Shown piece by piece: positions 8,568-19,083 of a stretch of 64,000 nt of DNA (within the stretch, counting starts at the first letter, position 1; each line of letters begins with the position of its first letter). Below the pieces are notes generated by a model. The model was not told the DNA's origin. It did not search any database and saw nothing but the letters and a program-made list of their open reading frames with translations. The DNA lies in IMG/VR virus record IMGVR_UViG_3300031088_000775. One strand, 5' to 3'. Source of the DNA: an uncultured virus (IMG/VR IMGVR_UViG_3300031088_000775). Its lineage: Duplodnaviria; Heunggongvirae; Uroviricota; Caudoviricetes. The position numbers and the translations under genes were made by a program.

Positions 8568-11500
8568 TTAGTCATCCAAATCTGGTTTTATAGGAAGACC
8601 TCCACGCAGATTTCTACGAGTATTAGGTCTTCCAGGATTATCATTTACAGGTTTAATTCTAACTGTTTCATCAACATCAGAATTTCTCTTATAATCAGAA
8701 TCAATTCTACCTATCTTAGTTGAGGCTTCTTTTCTTACATTATTTCGATCATTCTTAGCTCTCATGGCTTTTTCGAAGTTTTCTTCAATTTCAGCATAAC
8801 GTCCCATAAGGTCATTGTGCATATCAGGCGGAAGCTGCTCTGATCGCTTCTTCAAACTATCAATCTCTGACATAATAGATTGGTATTCAGCCTTACTTAT
8901 TGTATCCTTGCTTTCTTTAGTTTGTGAAATTCTTTCTTGAACACCCTTAAAGTCTCGGCCCTGTAAACTATCCTCTCCAAGAATGTCGCTAACTCGTCTT
9001 GACTGATTTTCAATCATATCAAGACCGGCATTATATTTATCCTCATGCACAGCTAACTCATTACGCATCTCAGAAATTATATTTTTTCTTAAGTCTTCGT
9101 ATTCAGCTCTACTAACAGTATCACCTAAATTAGACTTATTAGTATTTTGCGAATTGTTCTTTGCTAAGGCTTCTGCTACAGCAGCATCAATAACCGCCCT
9201 GTCTGGTGCTGACTTAACTTCAGATTGGCGTGATCCTCCTACCTGTGATGGTTTAGAGGGTTCTTCAACGGGGAGTTTTCTCTCAACTGGCTCTACAGAA
9301 TTACTTGTTTCTCTCGCTGAATCCTGTCTTACTGCCTCAGGTCTAACCGCGTCTGACTTAACCGGTTCAACACGAGTAGGCTCTGCTTTAACAGGCTCAA
9401 CCTTTGTTGGCTGAACAGGAGTTGTCTCCGATCTTACAGGTTCAATCTTTGTTGGTTCAACACGAGTTTGCGCCGCCTTAACTGGCTCAACCTTTGTTGG
9501 CTCGGATCTTACTGATTCTACCTTTGTTGGTTCAACGTGAGTTGGCCCTGCTTTAACAGGCTCAACCCGATTAGATTCTGATCTTACAGGTTCAACTTTT
9601 GTTGGCTCAACACGAGTTGATTCAGCTTTGATAGGTTCAACTCTAGCTGGCGCCGATCTTATAGGTTCAACACTTACTGGCTCAACCCGATTAAATTCAG
9701 CTTTAGTAGAGTCAACTCTGATTGGCTCTGAAGGGAGAGAGGTAGGGTTATCAATTCTTGTATTATCTACAGGAGTGTTATTCCTTTCTCTTAATCTTTC
9801 ATTTCGGGATTCAATATGTGAAGATTTATGATCAAAGAGTTCGTTAACTTTGAAATCAATTTCTTCACGGAACTGGCTCGCGATAGGACCAAGATCTTCT
9901 GGTGAAGATGTACTAATCCTGTCTTCTAGATTATCACTAGCTCTTGAGACCTTATCAAGCTCTGACTGGACCCTACCTAAATCGCTAGTATCGCTACGTG
10001 AAATTTCTTCAAGCTTACCATAAATCATCTCGAATTCTTTAGCGTATTTAGTACCTTCAAACTCAGTTGCAGCAGAGTCACGCATAGAGTTAAGATCGTT
10101 AGCAAAGTTCTTATTGAACTTAGCGTCACTTACTCTAGGGATGATATCTTCATTATTTCGAGTTGTTTCAGCAATAGGTCGAGGGGTCTCAATTGTAGGC
10201 AGAGCTTCTGGTTGAGTGTCTCGTTTCTCAATCTTAGGTGCTTCAACAGTAGGTAGAACCTCTGGTTGAAGATCTAGTTTCTCAACCTTAGGTGTTACAA
10301 CTGGTGAAACAACTTCTGGAAGTTCTGAGTCTATTACTGGTAATGACTGTTCTGACCTAGCAGGCTCTGAATCGTTAAATTCTGGAAGAGAATCGTCATA
10401 TTTACCGCTATAATAATTTTCACGTTCTTCATCATAATCATCTTCAGGTCCTCTATCGTACTGATAAGTATCATAATCAGCACGCTCATACTCAATTAGA
10501 GGAAGCTCCTCATTTGAATTATTAGAAGGATTATTTACTCTGTTGTCTATTGGATTATTTATATTAGTATTTATTACCGGATCATTATTAACTAAACTTT
10601 CCGAAGATTGATCAATATTACTTTCAGGTGTATACTCTTCCCTCTCGTTACCATCATTATATGCAGTTGGAGCTACAGGCTCAACTTCAATTGGGGTTGT
10701 TGGTGTTGGATCGTTCGCGGGACCGTTGTCATCTAATGGACTGCCATTAGGAGGATTAGTTCCGCTATCAGGAATATACCCTAATTGATAAAGATCTTTG
10801 TTAGAGTAAATCGTTCTACCAGCTGAATCAGCGTCTGCAATACTTTCGTCTCTAAGAGCTTGAGCTTTCTTATCGATCTTATCGACAAACTTAGTGTTGA
10901 AGTCATCACCAGGCTGTCTATTCAAGTCAGTTTCGTTATATAGATCAGCTACAACGTTAGCTCCGTTATATTCACCGATTAAACGTTGGCGCTCAACAGC
11001 AGCTTTATTAGCCCTATCAACTAAATCATCTCTATAAGACTGATCTTTATAGGTAGAACCAACTAGCTCTTCATATGCGACTCGATCTCTTGGGTTATAG
11101 TCTTCAATACCAGCAAGAGCGTAACCTCTTCTAGTTCTCTGTTGATACTGTCTATTAAGATTTCTTGCTTCTTTTTCAGGAATCTGGTCCATAAGCTGAG
11201 CGCGCTGTGAAGTAACCTCGCTGATTTCTCCGTTAATACGGCGAATCTCATCTTCGTCACCATTAATCTTAGCTATACGAAGATCTAGCTTAAGACTTTT
11301 CAGTTGTTCAAGCATTAGCATAGCTTGACCAAAGAAAGGATTTTCACCCATCATATCTCTAGCGACTTCATTGTTGATTTCTGAAACTGAACCTTCAATA
11401 CCCTCAGATCTTTCAAGCTCAACTTTCTTGATTGATGCATCACTATCTACTCTGTCAATTTCAGCCGCAATATTTGATTCCTCAAGAGTCGCTGTATCAA

Positions 11501-13685
11501 GCTGACTCTTGAGTGCGTCACGTCGAGTAGCCTCTTCACGCGCCTTAGTCTTAATGTCTTGAGCATTATCGACTGTATTACGATTGTATTGACGAGCAGC
11601 GTTAGTGACAATTCCACCAAGGCCTTTACCAACAATTTCGTTAGCGTCGCCGCGCTGAATACTACGCTTAATTCCGTCTTTCATACCGGAGCTTAAGCTG
11701 CCGCCAGCAATTCGAGCACCTAAAGCGCTACCAGCACCTGCCGCACCAATTTTAGCAGTACCTTTAACCATTCCACCAAGTCTTTCGGAAAGCTTTGAAG
11801 AAACCTGTTCGCCGCCCATATTCGTCTTACCAATAAGATCAATAATTTCCTTTCGGTATAAGAATAAGGCTCCTGAGATAATCAGAATGAATAATAAGGT
11901 AGTTCCCATATTGTTAGAATTACCAAGAATCGCTCCATATAAAGCAATTGCTACAATTAGGAATACTGCTGAAATAAGGTACTTAACTACATTTGAGATG
12001 ACTTTCTCAAGCCACCCAAAGAGAAGTTTCTTACCGCGACCTGGATGTACTCCGAGTAATAGGAAAATTGGTGCGAAAGCCATTAGAAGAACGCTAGAGA
12101 AATAGTAAATCAAAGCAAATATAGAGACTACAATAAGGATGAAGCCACCAAGCCCTGATGTAAATAGAGCTAAGAGAGCGATTCCAGTCTTATGCAGCCC
12201 ACCCGAGCCACTAGAGCCCCACTGATTCCACATTCCAGAATCATTGGCTGCAACAACAGCAATATTGTACCAGCGTGGATCTTGTGCATTATTGTTTGAA
12301 GGAGTACCTACTTTATCCTTAGGGGAACTTGCATTTGTCTGTAAGAAACCTTGGTAAATAAGTAGGTTGCAAACCTCATTATTTGTACCATCAAGTTTTA
12401 ATCTTTTTCCTTCCATAGACGATGCTGAGCCAGATGTGCTTAAATTAATGCAGAAGTCTTTAGGGTCCAAGCCAGCTTTCTTAATTACGGCACTAGTTGG
12501 TGATCCACCTGTAGTATCAAGGTTGGCAACAGAAGTACCAAAGTTTCCTTGAGCAAGAGGTTCAAGAATAAAAGCCTTCCAAATTGAGCATGAAAGGGAG
12601 TTAACTGCAAGACTCATACCTTCATCTACGCTTAATCCTGAAGCAGTCGAGCGACAAATGTTTTTAGAGCCAGCTCCAGCATCAGTATTATTAATGTCGA
12701 TACTTGAACCGGTGCTAGTATTATTAAAACAGTTATCTCCATTAAAGGCGCCAATTACACAAGAAGCAACTGTATTACTAGCTGCCATAGGAGCCTTAGC
12801 CAATAATGCAGGGTTTAGGAGCATTGCGAGACCTAAAATAACAGACAGAACAATCCAAATGAATCCGAAGAGAGCTTCGCGATACTTTCGGTCTTTAAAT
12901 GCTGTCTTAGCTACCCAGAATCCGGTAATAGCAACCATCATAACTAACAGAGGCATGTATATTCCGGAAGTAAGCACTCCAATGATACCGCCTGAAGAAG
13001 AGCCAGTTCCGCCAATGATTTTAAGGAGATTGATGCAAGCCCCTTTATCAGTAGGCTTTTCACAAATAACATTAGAGTCAAAAGCGAAAACGACAATCAT
13101 TTTAGTAATGCCTGTAGCACCAGAAGCGAAACCCATAACAACATTAGCTAATGTTGTTCCGATAGTCTGATTGACACAGTTTGTAGCTGTTCTGAGACCT
13201 TTGAATTTATCTAAATTATCAGTATAGCCTTTTTGCGCAGCCTTACTTAACTTTTTAATATTTGGTTCTTTCTTATCAGCAACAAAGTAGTTTGACCCTT
13301 CACCTTCGCCATGATAATTAATAAAGCCAATCTGATTACCGATCGCTTCTTCTGCAGTCCAAGACCTATTTTTAGCGTCATACTGTGGAGGGGTACTTAA
13401 GAAAGATTTCCAACCCCCACGCGTATTCATATTATGTCCCATATTTTCAGAACAGATAAATGAAATTCCTGCTGCTTGAGTTTGGGCTACAACTGGAAGA
13501 TTGGTAGGGCCTTCAGATTTTTCATGAAGACCGCTCAAAAGTGGCTGAGCTGACATTAGCATTAAAACGAGAGCAAAAAATCCAGAAACAATTACCGCTA
13601 ACGGCGATTTCTTAATATTTGCTAAGCGTTTAGGTGTCGAGCTGCCTCTTTGAATATAGTTGGCGCCTGAGGAGATTTTGCTCAT
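8568..13685 (-). CDS. Giant VirB6/TrbL-like polytopic conjugation membrane protein with long low-complexity C-terminal tail
   Basis: 1705 aa; about 8 TM segments in the first ~620 aa including the VirB6-like LLMAFAPIFLLLGVHPG...WL motif, then coiled-coil and Pro/Glu-rich repeats. Confidence 0.75.
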   Translation of the reverse strand: MSKISSGANYIQRGSSTPKRLANIKKSPLAVIVSGFFALVLMLMSAQPLLSGLHEKSEGPTNLPVVAQTQAAGISFICSENMGHNMNTRGGWKSFLSTPPQYDAKNRSWTAEEAIGNQIGFINYHGEGEGSNYFVADKKEPNIKKLSKAAQKGYTDNLDKFKGLRTATNCVNQTIGTTLANVVMGFASGATGITKMIVVFAFDSNVICEKPTDKGACINLLKIIGGTGSSSGGIIGVLTSGIYMPLLVMMVAITGFWVAKTAFKDRKYREALFGFIWIVLSVILGLAMLLNPALLAKAPMAASNTVASCVIGAFNGDNCFNNTSTGSSIDINNTDAGAGSKNICRSTASGLSVDEGMSLAVNSLSCSIWKAFILEPLAQGNFGTSVANLDTTGGSPTSAVIKKAGLDPKDFCINLSTSGSASSMEGKRLKLDGTNNEVCNLLIYQGFLQTNASSPKDKVGTPSNNNAQDPRWYNIAVVAANDSGMWNQWGSSGSGGLHKTGIALLALFTSGLGGFILIVVSIFALIYYFSSVLLMAFAPIFLLLGVHPGRGKKLLFGWLEKVISNVVKYLISAVFLIVAIALYGAILGNSNNMGTTLLFILIISGALFLYRKEIIDLIGKTNMGGEQVSSKLSERLGGMVKGTAKIGAAGAGSALGARIAGGSLSSGMKDGIKRSIQRGDANEIVGKGLGGIVTNAARQYNRNTVDNAQDIKTKAREEATRRDALKSQLDTATLEESNIAAEIDRVDSDASIKKVELERSEGIEGSVSEINNEVARDMMGENPFFGQAMLMLEQLKSLKLDLRIAKINGDEDEIRRINGEISEVTSQRAQLMDQIPEKEARNLNRQYQQRTRRGYALAGIEDYNPRDRVAYEELVGSTYKDQSYRDDLVDRANKAAVERQRLIGEYNGANVVADLYNETDLNRQPGDDFNTKFVDKIDKKAQALRDESIADADSAGRTIYSNKDLYQLGYIPDSGTNPPNGSPLDDNGPANDPTPTTPIEVEPVAPTAYNDGNEREEYTPESNIDQSSESLVNNDPVINTNINNPIDNRVNNPSNNSNEELPLIEYERADYDTYQYDRGPEDDYDEERENYYSGKYDDSLPEFNDSEPARSEQSLPVIDSELPEVVSPVVTPKVEKLDLQPEVLPTVEAPKIEKRDTQPEALPTIETPRPIAETTRNNEDIIPRVSDAKFNKNFANDLNSMRDSAATEFEGTKYAKEFEMIYGKLEEISRSDTSDLGRVQSELDKVSRASDNLEDRISTSSPEDLGPIASQFREEIDFKVNELFDHKSSHIESRNERLRERNNTPVDNTRIDNPTSLPSEPIRVDSTKAEFNRVEPVSVEPIRSAPARVEPIKAESTRVEPTKVEPVRSESNRVEPVKAGPTHVEPTKVESVRSEPTKVEPVKAAQTRVEPTKIEPVRSETTPVQPTKVEPVKAEPTRVEPVKSDAVRPEAVRQDSARETSNSVEPVERKLPVEEPSKPSQVGGSRQSEVKSAPDRAVIDAAVAEALAKNNSQNTNKSNLGDTVSRAEYEDLRKNIISEMRNELAVHEDKYNAGLDMIENQSRRVSDILGEDSLQGRDFKGVQERISQTKESKDTISKAEYQSIMSEIDSLKKRSEQLPPDMHNDLMGRYAEIEENFEKAMRAKNDRNNVRKEASTKIGRIDSDYKRNSDVDETVRIKPVNDNPGRPNTRRNLRGGLPIKPDLDD
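9335..9730 (-). repeat. Degenerate intragenic tandem repeat (15-nt period; VEPTK/VEPVK/SEPTR-type pentapeptides)
   Basis: Recurring ggctcaac/ggttcaac units encoding RVEPTKVEPVRSE... Confidence 0.8.
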
Positions 13686-13890
13686 CTATCCTAACCCTCT
13701 TTGACAATAGAAAATTACAGTACTGCTTTAGTTCATTCTTAAAACTTTTACAGTATACATACGGTTTAAATATCGAATGAGCATTAAAACTAAACCCATC
13801 AAACATATTTTCTAAAGTAATTTAAAAATAAGTCGCGAATAAACAGAATAAACAACTAATCAATAAAATAGAACATTACAAAAAGTGTTA

Positions 13891-14932
13891 CTAACCTTTT
13901 GAAAGTTCTGACAACAAGAGAATCTCATTATCACTAAAATCGCCGCTTAAAACTCTACAAACTTCTGAAATAACAGCGGCGTGATTATCCCTCCAATCTG
14001 ATTCCCAAATAAAATAAAGGTCAACACCAGCTCTTTTAGCCTTTTCAAACTTCATCCTATGGTATTCTAGTGCTGTCATTTTAGTTCTTCGCAAAAGAAC
14101 TTCATTGCTATGCCAATAGTCCCCATTAAACTCAAATCCTACTTTTAACTCTTCAATATAGATATCTAACTCATACGGCCAAATAACTGAACTGTTAGAA
14201 TTCTCTACAACGAAGCTTGTTAATCCCTGAACGTACTCAAATACTTCTTTCTCTACTTTTGAAACTTTAGATTTTCTATAACAGTCTTTACAACTAGTAC
14301 CCTCAATAGATCTTCTGCTAAGTCTAGTTCTCCACTCAAAAGAACAATCGGAACAACACCAATAAACATATGAATTAGAGTTAAATTTTATCTCTTTAGG
14401 GTTAACTGTATTTCTCTCATGATCCCAATCTTTTAAAAGACTTTTACATCTAGTTTCAAGATCGTTAAACCCCCGTAGTAGTCTAATATTCTCGCAATAT
14501 GGGCATTTCTGACTCTTACTTACAAAAATATCTAATTGCAGATTCCCATGTGTGTGAGCAATTCTTACTCAACCACCAAACTTTAACACCCGACCCAATT
14601 GTATAGTCTTCAGGTTTATTTTTATTCTTTTTAAAATTCCAAAAGTCTTCAATATTAGGAAGCTTACTCTTAAGATCATTCACTCCAATAATAGGTATTT
14701 TACCAGCGCAATAAGGGCAGCCTTTATTTTTAGAAGTTCTCTCAGAAACTTTCATCTTGTATCTATGCTTTTTAATGCAAATCCAACGAGCAATTATAGA
14801 ACTCTTTGAATAGACATCTTTGGGTGACATTTTATTTAATTCAATGTCCCACTCTTTTGAAATCTCTATGTAAAGAAATGCAAGGCTCTTCTCGTAAGGT
14901 ACAAATCTATTTTTATCTTCAATCTTACTCAC
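13891..14932 (-). pseudogene. Zinc-ribbon (DUF4379-like) repeat plus PD-(D/E)XK/DUF559-like endonuclease, frameshifted
   Basis: ORF 14516-14932 (CPYC, KVWW) continues after one extra T in the run at 14524-14528 into an open frame reading VSKSQKCPYCENIRLLRGFNDL...ELDIYIEELKVGFEFNGDYWHS, which ends at 13891. Confidence 0.85.
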
Positions 14933-14957
14933 AAAAATACATGATCCTTAATCTAAA

Positions 14958-15004
14958 AACTAGAGCGCGGTGACTAATAAAAACATAGTCACCGCGCTCT
15001 AGTT
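14958..15004 (-). terminator. Intrinsic terminator after phoH
   Basis: 19-bp perfect inverted repeat AACTAGAGCGCGGTGACTA. Confidence 0.75.
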
Positions 15005-15019
15005 AATTACGAAAATTAC

Positions 15020-16474
15020 TTACTGCCCAGCAAGAATACGTGAAGCAAGTTCAGCAACCTTAGAACGCTCAGTCTTCTTGAGTGAGATATGAGCAAAAAG
15101 ATCTTCAGTCTTTAGTGTTTCCACTACAGACCAAATGTCAGCTTTCTTACCAGGGTGAATGTACTTGTTATCTACCTGATCGGCATCCCATGTGAGTACG
15201 ATTTTAGATCCCTCACCAGCTCTTGAAAGAATATTAAGAATTTCTGAACGAGAGAAGTTCTGAGCTTCTTCAAGAATTAAGTAAGTGTTAGCTAATGATC
15301 GACCACGAAGATAGGTAATGGGTGAAACCTCTACCATTCCTCTAAGATTCTCAATCTCGGTTTTCACTGCCTGACCATTCGGATCGTCAGTTTTCTTCTT
15401 GACTTTAGCAGCTCGAGCCATAGCATCAATAGCATCGAATACAGCCCCAGCCCATGCCTCCATCTTCTCATCAACACCGCCAGGCAAGAATCCCATTTCC
15501 TGGCCTTGGCCCATTTCATGAAGACTTCTGAAAGCAATAATCTTCTCGTAACGGCCTTTCTTAAGACCTTCAATTCCAGCGGAAAGCGCTACAAGTGTTT
15601 TACCAGTTCCAGCAGGTCCGCCAAGTGAAACAATTGGCAATTCCTCGGCTGGACGTAATAGGTATTCATATGAGACATCCTGCTCAATAGTTCTGCCTAC
15701 AAGATTCTGTACTTTCTGCTTACGCTTAATATAGTCAAGCTCTCCATTATGCAAAACAAAATCAGCTGTAGTTTTTGAACCTTTTAGAACAAGAGTAACA
15801 ATAGCATGATTCGATACGTTTTCTGGAAGTTGCTCTAAAATCCATTCACCATGAGTATTGAGAAACTTATCTCTTTCTTCGCCTGAGAAAGCTCTACCAT
15901 TGAGATCGTCAACTGTAATCTCAACTTCATAACGACCATCAAATGGTTTAGCACCAACGATTGTAGCGACATTGAATTCTACTGCCTTGATTTTAAGATC
16001 AGTAGTAGCCTTAATACGCATTGGAGTGTCATTAGACATGAGAACTAAACTAGAAACATCAATAGTATTATTAGTGTCTTTAATAAGGTTCATAGCAACT
16101 GCTAGAACAGTACTATCATTAGTGCCATTTTGTAGATGTTCGGGAAGAGATTTCTGGCTAGAGTGATTAGGCTCGACGCTAATCTTTACTTTAGGGAAAT
16201 CATCATGATAGACGCCTTCTGAAAGCTTTTCTTCATATTTTACTCGAAGCTCTTCAAGTAGGTTAATCCATTCTCGAGCTAAGAACCCGACGTTAGATTT
16301 AGTACGATTGTATTCAACTTCATCGAGAACTACTGCCGGGATTACTAGGTGGCACTCAGGAAGTGTAGTTAGTAATCCGACACCTGACATAAGTAGCGAT
16401 GATGTATCAACTACGATTGTCTTGTGCTCTAGAGCTGATGCGAAGGATCCGAGTGGGGAGTTAAGTTCAGTCAT
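15020..16474 (-). CDS. phoH: PhoH2-type protein (PIN domain plus PhoH ATPase)
   Basis: N-terminal PIN (VVDTSSL, NDSTVL, SNDTPMRIKA); GPAGTGKT; MGFLPG; YLRGRSL; EEAQN. Confidence 0.92.
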   Translation of the reverse strand: MTELNSPLGSFASALEHKTIVVDTSSLLMSGVGLLTTLPECHLVIPAVVLDEVEYNRTKSNVGFLAREWINLLEELRVKYEEKLSEGVYHDDFPKVKISVEPNHSSQKSLPEHLQNGTNDSTVLAVAMNLIKDTNNTIDVSSLVLMSNDTPMRIKATTDLKIKAVEFNVATIVGAKPFDGRYEVEITVDDLNGRAFSGEERDKFLNTHGEWILEQLPENVSNHAIVTLVLKGSKTTADFVLHNGELDYIKRKQKVQNLVGRTIEQDVSYEYLLRPAEELPIVSLGGPAGTGKTLVALSAGIEGLKKGRYEKIIAFRSLHEMGQGQEMGFLPGGVDEKMEAWAGAVFDAIDAMARAAKVKKKTDDPNGQAVKTEIENLRGMVEVSPITYLRGRSLANTYLILEEAQNFSRSEILNILSRAGEGSKIVLTWDADQVDNKYIHPGKKADIWSVVETLKTEDLFAHISLKKTERSKVAELASRILAGQ

Positions 16475-16631
16475 TTCCCTATTCCTGTCTTTAGTTGGCT
16501 GCAGGAGATTCGCTGATTGCGTAGTTTTTATACAATTATGAACCTCCTTAGTTGAGGATTATTTCCTTATATTTTCTAAACAATTTAACTTGCAAATACT
16601 GTTTTAGATTAAGTCGTAAGAACTTAAAACT

Positions 16632-16680
16632 AAAGCGGTATTGCTGTAATGTTACCAAAGTAATACAGCAATACCGCTTT
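16632..16680 (-). terminator. Terminator hairpin downstream of tad-like genes
   Basis: AAAGCGGTATTGCTGTA/TACAGCAATACCGCTTT inverted repeat; its loop contains a GGTAACAT promoter-like motif. Confidence 0.7.
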
Positions 16681-16702
16681 TTATATTAAATTTTTTAATT
16701 TT

Positions 16703-17377
16703 TTACAAATCCTGGTTAGAGCCGAACGCTATAGCGCTAACTGATGACTTATAGACCTGGCAATTAAGATCGTCACTTCCAAATAAGCTTCCTGCCATAC
16801 CTAGAACCATGTTCTGAGAAGCTGTATAAACGTCTGCAGAAATGACTTTATACTTATTAGCGTCTGCTCCCTTTAGCCCAAATGTCTTATCTGTAATGTT
16901 TCCATTAATAATTTCAATAGTCTTAGACTTAGTGCCAGACTTACCTCTCTCAGTACTTAAAGTAAGTCTATAATATGGCATTTTTACATTTTTCTTAACA
17001 GTTCCGTCATCTAAAGTTATGTCAACTCTTTCGCAAGCGCCACCTTCATAAGTTTCATTTTCAGATGTGGCGATATTTTTCCCAGTTTTAGAATTAGCTG
17101 CTGACCCGCTCTGCAACTCAAATTCTTTTTGAAATTTAGCAATAGCAGAATTACCTAAACTACCTCTTGCGTCAATCGACTTAACAGCGGCTTCAGCTGC
17201 TGTTTGAGCTTGCTGATCATAGAGACCTTTAAGGTAAATATTCTTACTAACGTCAATTGTCATACCGCACAATAATGCTATAAGTGGCACAGCTAGAATA
17301 AAGGTAGTTAGAACTGAGTCAGCTCTATCTCTAACTCTCGAATCTCTATTACTTCTAGATTTAATAAAATTTCTCAA
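16703..17377 (-). CDS. TadG/TadE-like pseudopilin
   Basis: Basic leader, DRADS, hydrophobic helix ending in D, then a QTAAEAA motif typical of Tad pseudopilins. Confidence 0.65.
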   Translation of the reverse strand: MRNFIKSRSNRDSRVRDRADSVLTTFILAVPLIALLCGMTIDVSKNIYLKGLYDQQAQTAAEAAVKSIDARGSLGNSAIAKFQKEFELQSGSAANSKTGKNIATSENETYEGGACERVDITLDDGTVKKNVKMPYYRLTLSTERGKSGTKSKTIEIINGNITDKTFGLKGADANKYKVISADVYTASQNMVLGMAGSLFGSDDLNCQVYKSSVSAIAFGSNQDL

Positions 17378-17383
17378 AGTAGA

Positions 17384-17965
17384 CTACCTCCTATCAGTCA
17401 GACCTGGTTTTTGAACTTCAGATTCAACCGAGGCAGAGGTTGTATTCTCTTTAAATAAATTAATCATAGAGAGAACTGAACCTGGGGTACCATTATAAGT
17501 CCACTTAATTTCGCAGTATGCTCTATCACCGATAGCTTCGGCTTGTGATTTCTTATTTTCATTAGCAAAGCACTCAATACTATTGATAGAAACATTAATG
17601 AAGCTTGATGAATTTTGGAATCCCTTCATAATATTACATTCAACAGCCCTATTCCGTTTAATGACCTTAGCTACAGCTAGATCCTGATCTGAAGCAACCA
17701 GCTTACCGCAAGTTTCTGCTGTAGTCATTCCATATTTATTTTCGATCTTAGTACTTTGCAATGCTGTACCGTTACCACCCATGATAGCAACTGTGCGGGC
17801 ACCACTATGAGCGGCACTGTAAATTTGTGAACGGTTAGTGAAATACGCACTAGCATCAATGATTCCAAAGAAGACCGCCATAATTAGAGGTATCACAATG
17901 ACTATAGACACTAAGTTAGAGTCAGCCCTATCTCCTTTTAGTCTATTTTTTATAAATTTTAACAT
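17384..17965 (-). CDS. TadE-like pseudopilin
   Basis: RLKGDRADS..IVIPLIMAVFFGIID...AAHSGAR matches the TadE pattern (P, G..D/E, AAxxGAR). Confidence 0.75.
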   Translation of the reverse strand: MLKFIKNRLKGDRADSNLVSIVIVIPLIMAVFFGIIDASAYFTNRSQIYSAAHSGARTVAIMGGNGTALQSTKIENKYGMTTAETCGKLVASDQDLAVAKVIKRNRAVECNIMKGFQNSSSFINVSINSIECFANENKKSQAEAIGDRAYCEIKWTYNGTPGSVLSMINLFKENTTSASVESEVQKPGLTDRR

Positions 17966-18040
17966 TAAGTATCTTCTCCGAGACGAGTTTGTAATCCACT
18001 TTGTGAAATATCAATTACTATCTTTTCTAAAAGGTTTCCC

Positions 18041-18904
18041 TTAAGCAAAATTCTGTAATTGACGAACCTCTTCACGAAGTTCTAGAATAGTGTCCATATA
18101 ATTCTCACATTGCGAGCATTGGTAAATCGTTGGTGGCTCTCCCCAACCGTTATCAGCAACATCCATAATAGAAATATAGAATCTACGCTTCGCGTCAAGA
18201 CTCATATGAGCATCGGCTGAAGAATCAGGTTCAAGACCGAAAATCATCATTCTCAAATAATCGCTTGAAGATACGCAAAGCCTTTGAGCGCGCCACTTGA
18301 TAGTCTCTGATTCAGTCATAGACATTCTACCTGAAAGACGGTTATTTCTCTTCTCATTCTGAGCCACAATCTTTGAAAGTGATTGATTGATCTTGTTAAT
18401 CTCACGCTCAATCAAAAGAGCGTCCTCATTGTCATCAGTTGATTCAACTCTCTTAATGAGATTATTCTTTTTCTTTCGGAGTTCACCTTGATTTTTAGCA
18501 ATGTCTTCAAGTTCTTTAATCGCTCTTACAGCAATGTCTCTCCAGCCGTTAATGTCTACAGAACCTAATGCTCTATTGCGAATAAATTGAGACATAGTGA
18601 TTCGCCCACCAGTGTCTTTAACTATTTGCAATTCAGCATCTAAAGAGAGTCTTTCAGCTGTGGTTACTGTAATAGAGACTCTCTGATCTAGCGGGGCGGT
18701 CTTCTTTTTCTTATTTGAAGTTCTTGGAGACCATCCTTTGAAAATGTCAATAAGATCTTTACGACCCATGTCTTCAAGAATTTTTAGTTTTTCATCAACT
18801 GACAATGATTCACTAGCTACTTTATAGCTATCATTATCTTTCTTTTGGCGCTGAGCTCGAATAGCTTCAGCGGCTTTTTTCTCGCGAGTTGAAATTGTAC
18901 TCAT
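18041..18904 (-). CDS. MobC/MobA-like tandem ribbon-helix-helix protein
   Basis: Two RHH-like units (RVSITVTTAERLSL..MSQFIRNRAL and LSGRMSMTESETIKWRAQRLCVSSSDYLR) separated by a coiled coil; located in the transfer region. Confidence 0.55.
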   Translation of the reverse strand: MSTISTREKKAAEAIRAQRQKKDNDSYKVASESLSVDEKLKILEDMGRKDLIDIFKGWSPRTSNKKKKTAPLDQRVSITVTTAERLSLDAELQIVKDTGGRITMSQFIRNRALGSVDINGWRDIAVRAIKELEDIAKNQGELRKKKNNLIKRVESTDDNEDALLIEREINKINQSLSKIVAQNEKRNNRLSGRMSMTESETIKWRAQRLCVSSSDYLRMMIFGLEPDSSADAHMSLDAKRRFYISIMDVADNGWGEPPTIYQCSQCENYMDTILELREEVRQLQNFA

Positions 18905-18936
18905 GTTAATCTTCCTAGATATATCTAACTACGCCG

Positions 18937-18985
18937 AGACTGCAGTCTAACAGTACTTCAGGCTTATGGTGTGTGATTGTACGAG
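18937..18985 (+). repeat. Partial diverged copy of the intergenic repeat (palindrome module)
   Basis: AGACTGCAGTCTAA-CAGTACTTCAGGCTTATGGTGT aligns with 31961-32000. Confidence 0.55.
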
Positions 18986-19083
18986 CCGAATATGTGGCTC
19001 TCAAACTGTCTGGTGCCGCTGTTTAGCGCATACTCACTAGACCATTATTAGTCATGTATTTTCTTAAAGCTTTAATTTAGAGT

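Noticed and set aside
9335..9730. CRISPR-like or non-coding tandem repeat
   Set aside because: The repeats are in-frame, degenerate at third positions and encode the VirB6-like protein tail.
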